Shown here piece after piece: positions 50,852 through 59,540 of a stretch of 64,000 nucleotides of DNA. Location: assembly GCA_963668175.1 (NCBI GenBank), contig OY764159.1, forward strand, positions 3,328,001-3,392,000, written 5' to 3'. A program made the translations under genes and the position numbers. Numbering within the stretch: the stretch's first letter is position 1; every line of letters begins with the position of its first letter. The notes beneath the pieces were generated by a model. That model did not search any database. It was not told the DNA's origin and saw nothing but the letters and a program-made list of their open reading frames with translations. Source of the stretch: Syntrophales bacterium (GTDB lineage: Bacteria > Desulfobacterota > Syntrophia > Syntrophales > PHBD01).

Positions 50852-51922
50852 TCAGTAAGAGAACGGCCAGAGCCGGAAACTGGAGCGGACGATCCGCCAT
50901 ACCTCGGCGAGTCCCCGCGGTTCAAGCAGGATAAAGAGGACGATGGCGAGCCCGAAGACGAACTCCCGCAGGGGCGCAAGGTTGACGCCCGTCCCCGAGA
51001 AGACGCCCATGTTCATCATGAGGTCCGTCGTGTAACGCAGGATCTCGTTCAGGCCCGTAATGAAGACCGCCCCGAAGATCGCCCCGGCCATGTTGCCCAT
51101 GCCGCCGATGATGACCATGGCGATATACTCGACGGAGAGCCCCAGGTTGAAGGGCTCCGTCGTGATGCTCACCATGTAGTACGCCCAGACGGCCCCGGCG
51201 ATTCCGGCGTAGAAGGAGCTTATCCCGAAGGAGAGGAGCTTGTAGCGGAAAATCGGGATGCCCATGCCCTCGGCGGCCCGGTCATTGTCCCGGATGGCCA
51301 CGAAGGCCCTGCCGTACTTCGTCCGCATGAGATTGACCGCCATAAGGAGCATCGCTGCGAGCAGCATGAAGATGACGTAAAAGAAACTGAGGTCTCCGGC
51401 GATCTCCATACCGAAAAACGTGCCCGGGGGCAGCGTGATGCCCATGGTGCCCTTGGTCACGGACTCCCAGTGGATGAGGACGTATTCGATGATGAACTGG
51501 CCGGCCAGCGTGGCGATGGTCAGATACAGCCCTTTCAGGCGCGAGGACGGCAGGCCGAAGATCATGCCCACGAAGGCGGTGATCAGACCGGCGGCCGGAA
51601 TGACCGTCCAGATGGGGAGGCCGAATTCCGTCGCCAGGACGCCGGCGGCATAGGCCCCGACGCCGAAGAAGGCCCCGTGCCCCAGGGAGATCTGGCCCGT
51701 GTAGCCGATGAGGATGTTGAGGCCGATGGCGGCAATCGCGGCGATCCCGATGGAGTTGATCACATAAAGGAGATAGGGCGTGCTGACGAACGGGACGACG
51801 GCGAAGAACAACAGCGCCCCGATCAGCACAGCGGCCCGCCCGTAATCGGTTTCGAAGATGCTCAGCTCTTCCCGGTAGTCTTCGCGGAAATTGCCGCAGG
51901 GATGGAATTGCAGTTTTTTCAT
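50852..51922 (-). CDS. HAAT-family ABC permease (LivM-like)
   Basis: GYTGQISLGHGAFF, YLTIATL and GRAFVAIRDN motifs. Confidence 0.92.
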   Translation of the reverse strand: MKKLQFHPCGNFREDYREELSIFETDYGRAAVLIGALLFFAVVPFVSTPYLLYVINSIGIAAIAAIGLNILIGYTGQISLGHGAFFGVGAYAAGVLATEFGLPIWTVIPAAGLITAFVGMIFGLPSSRLKGLYLTIATLAGQFIIEYVLIHWESVTKGTMGITLPPGTFFGMEIAGDLSFFYVIFMLLAAMLLMAVNLMRTKYGRAFVAIRDNDRAAEGMGIPIFRYKLLSFGISSFYAGIAGAVWAYYMVSITTEPFNLGLSVEYIAMVIIGGMGNMAGAIFGAVFITGLNEILRYTTDLMMNMGVFSGTGVNLAPLREFVFGLAIVLFILLEPRGLAEVWRIVRSSFRLWPFSY

Positions 51923-51923
51923 G

Positions 51924-52802
51924 CTACACCCTCTCGATCTCGACGAGGCCGAAGAGCCCGTAAGGCTTGACCATCAGGATGAAGACGAGGACGATGTAGG
52001 GCACCACGTCCTTGAGGGACGAGGAGAGATACCCGCCGGTGAAGGTCTCCAGAAGCCCGATGATGAGGCCGCCGATGATGGCGCCGCCGATGCTGTCCAG
52101 CCCGCCCAGGATCACGACGGGAAAGACCTTGAGGCCGACGGACGAAAGGTCGTGGACGTTGATGCCGTTGATGATCCCGAGGACGATGCCGCTCATGCCC
52201 GCCACGAGCGCGGCGATGGCCCACGACAGGGCGAAGACCCGCTGGACGTGGACGCCGAGCGAGAGTGCCGCCTTCTGGTTGTCCGCCACGGACCTCATGT
52301 AGATGCCCTGGGACGAGTATTTGAAGAAGAGGCCGAACAGGGCGAGAAACAGGGTGCCGATGAGGAGCGTCGCCGAATAGACGGGCGGGATGTTGACCGG
52401 ACCTACATCGATGCCGATGCCCGCCGGCAGAAAGTCGGGATACGTCTGCAGATTGCCGCCGAAGACGAGGAGCAGAAGCCCTCTGAACATGGCGGCCAGC
52501 CCCACCGTCAGCATGATGACGAAGATCAGCGGTTCGCCGATCAGGGGCCGGAGGAAGAGGCGTTCCACCACGAATCCCATGATGAAGCAGCCGATGAGGG
52601 TCAGCAGGAATGCGAGCCAGATCGGCGCCTGCGCCCAGGTCACGAGCGACAGGAAAAGAAAGGCGCCTATCGCCAGAAGCTCGCCGTGGGCGAAGTTAAG
52701 GACGCTGGAGGACTTGAAGATCATCACGAATCCCATCGCCGACAGGCCGTAGAGAAACCCCACGCAGAGTCCGTTCACCAAGAGTTGCAGAAAAAAATCC
52801 AT
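51924..52802 (-). CDS. HAAT-family ABC permease (LivH-like)
   Basis: LNFAHG, VILGGLDS and KPYGLFG motifs. Confidence 0.92.
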   Translation of the reverse strand: MDFFLQLLVNGLCVGFLYGLSAMGFVMIFKSSSVLNFAHGELLAIGAFLFLSLVTWAQAPIWLAFLLTLIGCFIMGFVVERLFLRPLIGEPLIFVIMLTVGLAAMFRGLLLLVFGGNLQTYPDFLPAGIGIDVGPVNIPPVYSATLLIGTLFLALFGLFFKYSSQGIYMRSVADNQKAALSLGVHVQRVFALSWAIAALVAGMSGIVLGIINGINVHDLSSVGLKVFPVVILGGLDSIGGAIIGGLIIGLLETFTGGYLSSSLKDVVPYIVLVFILMVKPYGLFGLVEIERV

Positions 52803-52817
52803 CCCGTTTCCTCCGTT

Positions 52818-54773
52818 TCAGTTTAATAATCTTTCCGCCGCCTGCGCCGTCACGGGGACGACCCGCACGGTCGTTTCGATCACGCCGGTCTGGCCGTCGC
52901 GGTAGCGGACGGTGCCCTTCACGTCCACTTCCTTGATATCCGAGTACATCGCTTCGATGAGCTTGATATAGAGGCCGTAAATGAAGCGCCGTCTCACCTT
53001 GCCCGTCCTCGTCAGTTCGTCGTCGTCGGCGTCGAGGAGCTTGTAGAGCAGGATGAACTTCCGGATCTTCATCGCCTCGGGCAACTGCCCGTTGATCTCT
53101 TTTATTTCGTTCAGGATCAGTTCCTCCACCGGCTTCTGCTGGGAGAGATCCATGTAAGTCGTGTAGGGGATCATCCGCTCTTCCGCCCAGTTGCCGACAT
53201 TCCCCATGTCGATATTGACCATCAGGGTTATGAAGGGCCGGCCTTCGCCGAAGACGACGGCCTCCTTGATATAGGGGCTGAACTTGAGGCGCGTCTCGAT
53301 AAAATCCGGCGAAAAGGCGTGGCCGCTCTTGTTCTTGATGATCTCCTCCTTGCGGCCGATGATCACCAGGTGGCCGTCGTCGTCGAAGTAGCCCGCGTCG
53401 CCCGTTTTGAGCCAGCCGCCTTCGAAAGCCCCGGCCGTGGCGTTGTAGTCCTGGTAGTAGCCCGAAAAGTTGGCATCGCTGTACACGAGGACCTCCTGAT
53501 CCTCGGAGATCTTCACCTGGATTCCCGGCAGGGGCTTCCCCACCGTTTCGGGCTTGATCTCGTCGTCGGGCTGGATCTGGAATATCCCGCCGGCTTCCGT
53601 GAGGCCGTAACACTGCTTGAGGTTGAGGCCCACGGCCCGGAAGAACCGGATGACGTCGGGGCTGATGGGATGGCCGCCGGTGAAGGCGCTGCGGAAACCG
53701 GCGCAGCCGATGCGGTCGAGAAGCGGCCGGTAGACAACGACAGATGCGCACTTATGGAGAAGGCTAAGCGGCAGGGCGACCGGTTTGCGGGCGGCGATGC
53801 ACTCCTCCACCTTGCGGCCCACCCGCTCCGCCATGCCGAAGAGCTTCCGCTTGACGAAGCCCGCGTCGGACATCTTCACCCGGATCTTCGAAGCCAGGTC
53901 CTCCCAGAAACGGGACGACGTGATGACGAGGGACGGGCCGATCTCGCGGAAATCCTCATCGATGGTTTCAATGGTCTCGGGGAAATTCATCGTCATCCCT
54001 CCGGCCAGGGCGACGCCCACGCCCCACATCTGGTCCACGATCCAGGCGGGAGGCGACATGGAGAGCCAGTTCTCGCCCGCTTCGATCCCCTGGGACCGGA
54101 CCCATTTGACGCCTATCTCCGACATGTTCCGGTGCGAGATCATGGCCAGCTTGGAGAGGCCCGTCGTTCCGGAGGTCTGGATCATGAGGGCCGTGTCGCC
54201 GCTCCGGCCCTTTTTGAGTTCCTGGAGAAATTTTTCGGGATTTTCCCGGTCGTACCGGTCGCCTATCTCCAGAAGCTCCTTGAACGAGACAACCCAGGAA
54301 TCGCCGTCGTAGCCCCTCATTCCCGTCGGGTCGATATAGATCAGATGACGGACGTGCTTGAGCTTGGCGCGGTTGTCCAGGAGCTTGTCGATCTGTTCCT
54401 GGTCCTGGACGACGACGAAGGTCGCCTGGATGCGGTTCAGGGAGGTCACCAGCTCCGCGGCGACGGAGGACGTGAAGAGATTGAGGGTCACGGCCCCGGC
54501 GGCCTGGGCGCCGATCTCCGTGAAGAGCCATTCGGGATGGTTGTTCGTGACGATGCCGATGTTCTCCCCCCGCGAGAGGCCCAGGGCGTTCAGCCCCATC
54601 GCCGCTTTACGGACGTAGGCCAGGTATTCCCGCCAGCCGATGCTGTGCCATATGCCGTAGGCCTTTTCCCGGATGGCCGCCTTATCGTCCCCGAAGCGCT
54701 CCGCCTGGGCCGCCACGATCTGAGGCAGGGTGAGTTTTGAGAGCGTCTGTAGAAATTCCGGTTGGTTGGTCAT
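52818..54773 (-). CDS. AMP-dependent acyl-CoA synthetase (long-chain type)
   Basis: TSGTTGLSK, YGLTE and GWLKTGDAG motifs. Confidence 0.92.
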   Translation of the reverse strand: MTNQPEFLQTLSKLTLPQIVAAQAERFGDDKAAIREKAYGIWHSIGWREYLAYVRKAAMGLNALGLSRGENIGIVTNNHPEWLFTEIGAQAAGAVTLNLFTSSVAAELVTSLNRIQATFVVVQDQEQIDKLLDNRAKLKHVRHLIYIDPTGMRGYDGDSWVVSFKELLEIGDRYDRENPEKFLQELKKGRSGDTALMIQTSGTTGLSKLAMISHRNMSEIGVKWVRSQGIEAGENWLSMSPPAWIVDQMWGVGVALAGGMTMNFPETIETIDEDFREIGPSLVITSSRFWEDLASKIRVKMSDAGFVKRKLFGMAERVGRKVEECIAARKPVALPLSLLHKCASVVVYRPLLDRIGCAGFRSAFTGGHPISPDVIRFFRAVGLNLKQCYGLTEAGGIFQIQPDDEIKPETVGKPLPGIQVKISEDQEVLVYSDANFSGYYQDYNATAGAFEGGWLKTGDAGYFDDDGHLVIIGRKEEIIKNKSGHAFSPDFIETRLKFSPYIKEAVVFGEGRPFITLMVNIDMGNVGNWAEERMIPYTTYMDLSQQKPVEELILNEIKEINGQLPEAMKIRKFILLYKLLDADDDELTRTGKVRRRFIYGLYIKLIEAMYSDIKEVDVKGTVRYRDGQTGVIETTVRVVPVTAQAAERLLN

Positions 54774-54788
54774 TACGCTATTCCTTCT

Positions 54789-55616
54789 TCAACTGTTTTC
54801 CTTGTCGCCGAGATAGGCCCTGACCACCTCGGGATCGTTCCGGACGTCTTCGGGCAGCCCCTCCGCCAGCTTTTCGCCGAAGTTGAGGACGACCACCCGC
54901 TTGGAGATGCTCATGACGATGGACATGTCGTGCTCGACGAGGATCATCGTCTGTCCCCAGGCCTCGTTCAGCTCGACCAGGAACCGCACCATGTCCTCCT
55001 TCTCTTCGAGATTCATTCCGGCAAAGGGCTCGTCCAGGACCAGCAGTTTCGGCTCCAGGGCGAGCGCCCGGCCCAGTTCGACCCGCTTCATGAGGCCGTA
55101 AGGCAGGGAGGCGACGGTCTTCTTGCGGATCGCCTGCATCTCCAGGAAGTCGATCAGCTCCTCCAGGATGCGGCGGTGGCGTATCTCCTCCCTGACGACC
55201 CTGGGGGCGAAGAGGCCGGCCAGGCCGAGGTTGTAGCGGCAGTGGATATGGCGCGCCAGGAGCATGTTGGAGAGCACCGTCATGCCGGGAAAGAGCTCGA
55301 TGTTCTGGAAGGTCCGTCCGATGCCCACGTGAACCAGGTCGTGGGTGGGCAGGTGCGTGATGTCTTTGCCGTTAAAGACGATCCGGCCTTCCTGCGGGCG
55401 GTAGAACCCGGTGATGCAGTTGAGGAGGCTGGTCTTGCCCGCCCCGTTGGGGCCGATGACGGCGACCAGTTCCCCCGTATGGACCTGCATGCCGATGTCG
55501 GTTAGCGCCTTGACGCCGCCGAAGCTCAAGGAAAGGCCGCTGATCGTAAGTTCCGCCTCCTTCTCCTCTTCCCTCCGGTTGGCGTATATGTCCGGCTGGC
55601 CTCGGTAAGCCTTCAT
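54789..55616 (-). CDS. HAAT-family ABC ATP-binding protein (LivG-like)
   Basis: FGGVKAL, GPNGAGKT, RTFQN and LDEPFAGMN motifs; start MKAYRG. Confidence 0.9.
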   Translation of the reverse strand: MKAYRGQPDIYANRREEEKEAELTISGLSLSFGGVKALTDIGMQVHTGELVAVIGPNGAGKTSLLNCITGFYRPQEGRIVFNGKDITHLPTHDLVHVGIGRTFQNIELFPGMTVLSNMLLARHIHCRYNLGLAGLFAPRVVREEIRHRRILEELIDFLEMQAIRKKTVASLPYGLMKRVELGRALALEPKLLVLDEPFAGMNLEEKEDMVRFLVELNEAWGQTMILVEHDMSIVMSISKRVVVLNFGEKLAEGLPEDVRNDPEVVRAYLGDKENS

Positions 55617-55624
55617 GAATGCTC

Positions 55625-56836
55625 CTATTTCGCGATCAGTTTGATCTTCTCTTTGCCGGGGGCGAAGAAGTTCGTCAGCGGCTTGTAGGTCCCGTCTTCG
55701 TTGACCCGGACGATCCTCGCCTTGAACGAGGCGCCGTGATCTTTCTTGGAGTACGTCACCGGCGGCACCAGGCCGTCGAAGTTCTCGTTGCGGAAGGATT
55801 CGAGGGCGTTGTTGATCGTCTCCCGGTCGATGCGCTTGTACTTCTCGTTGGCGCGGATGAAGGCCCGCTCCATGATCGCCCCCACGACCACGCCCTCCCA
55901 GTAGGCGGCGTCGAAGCCCTTCACGGTCTTGTAGCGCGTCCAGAGGTCCTGCATCAGCTTCATGCCCGCCGTGCCGTCCGCGGGAAGCCCGCCGGGGAAC
56001 TGCATGCTCAGGCGGTCCCGGATCAGTCCCTTGCCCAGCTTGTAGAAATCGGGGTCCGTGGAAGTCCAGGTGCCGAGAAAGGCCGGATTGTATTTGATGC
56101 GGTCGGCGCTCTTGAAGGCGGTCACGATGGTCGCCGGGAGCATCTGGATGAAGATGTACTCGGCGCCCGCCTTCTGGAGGCGGAGAAGCTCCGTCGTCAG
56201 GTCGACGGTCTTGGGCGGGAATTCCTCGACGGCCACGATGACGACGCCGGCCTTCTTGGCGTAGTCCTGGCTCGGCTGGTGGATCGAGCGGCCGTAGGCG
56301 TTGTTGTAGGTCAGGAGGCCGACCTTCGGGGCGTCCTTGCCCTTGTGGATCGTCTTGATGTAGTCGAGGACGGCGTAGCAGTCCATCTTGTAGCTGCCGA
56401 AGGGAAGATACATATAGTCCACGGGGGCTTCCATGATCTCCCAGCTTGTCGAGTAGTTGATGGTCGGTATCTTGTACTGCTGGATGATCGGCTTCGCGGC
56501 CAGGCCCTCGCCCGCGCCCCACGTGGCGATCATGTCCACCTTCTCCTGGACGGCGAACTTCCGGACGGCGGCGATGGCTTCCGGCACCTTGTAGGCCGTA
56601 TCGACCAGGATCATCTCGATCTTGTTGCCGGCGACCCCGCCCTTGACCTCATTGACATACCGGAAATAGTCCTGCTGCCCCTTGGCGTGGAACTGGCCCC
56701 AGCTCGAAGCCGGGCCGGTCATGTTGATCGCCGCCCCGACCTTGATCGTCTTCGCCTCCGCGCCCCCCGACGGCAGGACGGCCGCCATCAAAAGCGCCAT
56801 CCCGGCGAGCAACCCTTTTCGTATCGATTCGTGCAT
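55625..56836 (-). CDS. HAAT-family ABC substrate-binding protein
   Basis: Signal peptide; MTGP, VNEVKGGVAG and DTAYK motifs; AAGGAGG RBS. Confidence 0.9.
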   Translation of the reverse strand: MHESIRKGLLAGMALLMAAVLPSGGAEAKTIKVGAAINMTGPASSWGQFHAKGQQDYFRYVNEVKGGVAGNKIEMILVDTAYKVPEAIAAVRKFAVQEKVDMIATWGAGEGLAAKPIIQQYKIPTINYSTSWEIMEAPVDYMYLPFGSYKMDCYAVLDYIKTIHKGKDAPKVGLLTYNNAYGRSIHQPSQDYAKKAGVVIVAVEEFPPKTVDLTTELLRLQKAGAEYIFIQMLPATIVTAFKSADRIKYNPAFLGTWTSTDPDFYKLGKGLIRDRLSMQFPGGLPADGTAGMKLMQDLWTRYKTVKGFDAAYWEGVVVGAIMERAFIRANEKYKRIDRETINNALESFRNENFDGLVPPVTYSKKDHGASFKARIVRVNEDGTYKPLTNFFAPGKEKIKLIAK

Positions 56837-56885
56837 CTTCTTCCCTCCTTCTATTGCGGTTTCCAATCACGTCCCCGCGACCCAC

Positions 56886-56914
56886 AAAAAAGGCCGTGGG
56901 GTTTCCACGGCCTT
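56886..56914 (-). terminator. Attenuator terminator 2
   Basis: Minus strand reads AAGGCCGTGG-AAACC-CCACGGCC-TTTTTT. Confidence 0.8.
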
Positions 56915-56921
56915 CAAAAAC

Positions 56922-56957
56922 AAAAAAGCCGCGGGCAGAATCGGTCTGCCCACGGCT
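56922..56957 (-). terminator. Attenuator terminator 1
   Basis: Minus strand reads AGCCGTGGGCAGA-CCGAT-TCTGCCCGCGGC-TTTTTT, with one U:G pair. Confidence 0.85.
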
Positions 56958-56975
56958 CATTCGACTATTTTATGG

Positions 56976-57065
56976 TCATGAGCTCGGCAGGCAGACCTCC
57001 CTAAAAAAGCCAAAAAAGCTAAAAAACGCAAACAAGCTGGCTGCCAAGCTGATGTTATGAGACAT
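56976..57065 (-). CDS. Phe-rich attenuator leader peptide
   Basis: MSHNISLAASLFAFFSFFGFFREVCLPSS*; seven TTT codons within ten; immediately upstream of the terminators. Confidence 0.8.
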   Translation of the reverse strand: MSHNISLAASLFAFFSFFGFFREVCLPSS

Positions 57066-57099
57066 GTTTAAAGGTTAATCCTTCGTCGTTATTGGGCCG

Positions 57100-57128
57100 A
57101 TTAAAGAATAAACAGGCGCTTATGTCAA
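57100..57128 (-). promoter_or_regulatory. Sigma70 promoter of the leader and ABC operon
   Basis: Minus strand TTGACA-17-TTTAAT. Confidence 0.65.
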
Positions 57129-57189
57129 GAAAAAAATGCACGCCGATTTTTTTGATTGCCCTAAACGCCTATTAATACTATAGAAGGCT

Positions 57190-57978
57190 ATGAGCAAAAT
57201 GCAGGGCACACCGGAAAGAGAGACGCCGGACAGGCGGACGCGCCTCTACCTCCACATGAAGAAATGGCTGGAGAAGGCCGTCATGGATCACGGGATGATC
57301 GAGGAAGGGGACCGCGTCCTCGTGGGCGTGTCCGGCGGGAAGGACAGCTTTGTCCTCCTCGACCTCCTCGATTCGCCGATGGTCTTCGTCCCGAAATTCA
57401 CGATGATGGCCGTCAACATCGATCCCGGATTCGACGGCGATCTCAGGACGTACCGTATCCTGGAGGGCTATCTCCGGGAAAAGGGCTACCGGTACGTCAT
57501 AGAGAAATCGGACATCGGGCCGCTTTCGCACAGCGAATACAACCGCAAGAACCCCTGCTTCCTCTGCTCGCGCCTGCGGCGGAAGCGCATCTTCGAGATC
57601 GCAGGCGAACACAACTTCAACAAGATCGCCTTCGCCCATCACCGCGACGACATCATCGAGACCCTGCTCATCAACATGTTTTACGGCCGCGAGATCAGCA
57701 CGATGATGCCGAACCAGTCCATCTTCGGCGGGAAGATGAACATCATCAGGCCCCTTTCCTACATCCGGGAGGACCTGGTCAAGAAATACGCGGCGGAGCG
57801 CGCCTTCCCCGTGACCGAAAGCCGCTGCCCGACGGGCAAATCGTCCCGCCGGAACTACATCAAGGAATTGCTGAAAACGCTGGAAAAAGACAACCGGAAG
57901 ATCCGCGACAACATCTTTCTCGCCATGAGCCATGTCAAGACGGACTATCTCCCGGGACCGATACAGGACAAGGAATGA
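57190..57978 (+). CDS. ttcA: tRNA 2-thiocytidine biosynthesis protein
   Basis: SGGKDS PP-loop; [19 protein letters not shown] and IIRPL motifs. Confidence 0.85.
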   Translation: MSKMQGTPERETPDRRTRLYLHMKKWLEKAVMDHGMIEEGDRVLVGVSGGKDSFVLLDLLDSPMVFVPKFTMMAVNIDPGFDGDLRTYRILEGYLREKGYRYVIEKSDIGPLSHSEYNRKNPCFLCSRLRRKRIFEIAGEHNFNKIAFAHHRDDIIETLLINMFYGREISTMMPNQSIFGGKMNIIRPLSYIREDLVKKYAAERAFPVTESRCPTGKSSRRNYIKELLKTLEKDNRKIRDNIFLAMSHVKTDYLPGPIQDKE

Positions 57979-58448
57979 CCAGAAAAGACGAACCGCACAA
58001 GACGATCTGCCAGAACAAGACGGCCCGGATCAATTATTTCATCGAGGACACCTACGAGGCGGGCATCGCGCTCGTCGGCACGGAGGTGAAGGCGCTCCGG
58101 GAGGGCCGGGCGAACCTCAAGGACAGTTACGCCCGCGTCAACGAAGGCGAGGTGTATCTCTACGACCTGAACATCAGCCCCTATACCTTCGGCAACCGCT
58201 ACAACCACCAGCCCCTCCGGGTCCGGAAGCTCCTCCTCCACAAGCAGGAAATCAGGAGGCTTTACGGCAAGTCGCGGGAGAAGGGGCTCGCGCTCATCCC
58301 CCTTGCGCTCTATTTCAAGAACGGCAAGGTCAAGGTGGAGCTCGGCCTGGGCCGCGGGAAGAAGCTCCACGACAAACGGCAGGACATGAAGCTCAAGGAA
58401 GACAGGCGCGACATGGAGAGGGGGCTTCGGGCCAAGAACCGGGATTGA
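57975..58448 (+). CDS. smpB: SsrA-binding protein
   Basis: [23 protein letters not shown] and GKKLHDKR motifs. Confidence 0.97.
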   Translation: MTRKDEPHKTICQNKTARINYFIEDTYEAGIALVGTEVKALREGRANLKDSYARVNEGEVYLYDLNISPYTFGNRYNHQPLRVRKLLLHKQEIRRLYGKSREKGLALIPLALYFKNGKVKVELGLGRGKKLHDKRQDMKLKEDRRDMERGLRAKNRD

Positions 58449-58479
58449 CAAAACGCGGCGGCGACTTATATTAAGGTTG

Positions 58480-59122
58480 AAAGGATCGCCACGATCCCGT
58501 TCATCCCCGGCGCGGAAAAAAGCCGGGGAGAGACTGCTTCGGGCCGGCGCACCTCCTGCCATCCCGGGCAGTCAGGCATTTTGATCCCGGGATTGGGAGC
58601 GATGGGAAGGTGGTTGACATCCGACCGTGGCGGTCCCTGAAAAAGATCGCTTTCGACGATCTTCGAGGGTTGGCGGACGCGGATATTGAAAAGGCCCCCT
58701 GCACCCTTCGTCGCGCGGCGCACCGTCACGATCGCCGCGCAAGGGCCGGGCCGGTCCGCCGGGCTCAACCCCGCCTAAGACGGGGCGAATTATTAAAGGT
58801 TATTGACGGTTTGCCGGGGCGTTCCCCTCCCGCCGTTGCGGACGGCCGGGGAAGGAACGGCAGCGACGATGGAAAATAATGGCTTGTTTCAACGGGCCGT
58901 TTCCCATTCGTCGTTTTTCCCGGCGTTTTTACAGCCGTTCTTGCCGGCGTTATTCCCGGCAAAACGGCGTTCACGGCTTATTGTACACCCTGAGGAATCA
59001 GGGGTTCTCTCAACCGCAACATCCTTTTCTGCCATGGGATGTCAATCTTCCGCTTGATCCGCGGGGCCTTCCCCCTTTGTGGTCCCGGCGTCGATGAAGG
59101 GTTGGAAGAGAGGTTGAGGGAA
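58480..59122 (+). ncRNA. Candidate large structured RNA between smpB and ssrA (unassigned)
   Basis: Follows TTGACA(58445)-16-TATATT. More than 15 nested helices with G:U pairs on the + strand; no credible ORF. Confidence 0.45.
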
Positions 59123-59179
59123 TGCACTACTTGTGTTATTATAAAGTCGGTTCTTTGCCATAGACCCATCAAAACGAAT

Positions 59180-59534
59180 GGGGGCGTCACGGTTTCGACG
59201 GGGATAGTTGAAGCTGTAGAAGCGTACCGAGGTTCCTACAGGCCTCGTTAAACAGGTAGGAAAATCATAATCGCAAACGATTACGAATACGCCTTAGCCG
59301 CTTAGTCGGCTAACGTCCTCCCGGCTTTGTCCGTTGGGCCGGATGAGGGCGTCATTTAGACGGAATAACCGATTCCCCTCGCCTGGCGGGGATGAGGCGA
59401 AAACCTTACAGGCTAGCGACGGTTGAATCCTGCCCCTGGGAGCCTTCCGGAGCGAAATTAAATCAGGGAATACGTACGTAGAAACTGCAGTGGAATGTTT
59501 TCGGACGCGGGTTCGACTCCCGCCGCCTCCACCA
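59180..59534 (+). ncRNA. ssrA: tmRNA
   Basis: 5' GGGGGCG...GGTTTCGAC and 3' GGTTCGACTCCCGCCGCCTCCACCA; tag ORF ANDYEYALAA* at 59273-59305. Confidence 0.97.
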
Positions 59535-59540
59535 TAATAC

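Noticed and set aside
58480..59122. RNase P RNA, SRP RNA or 6S RNA
   Set aside because: I could not find the RNase P GAGGAAAGUCC signature or the SRP loop motif, and the size and branching do not fit 6S.
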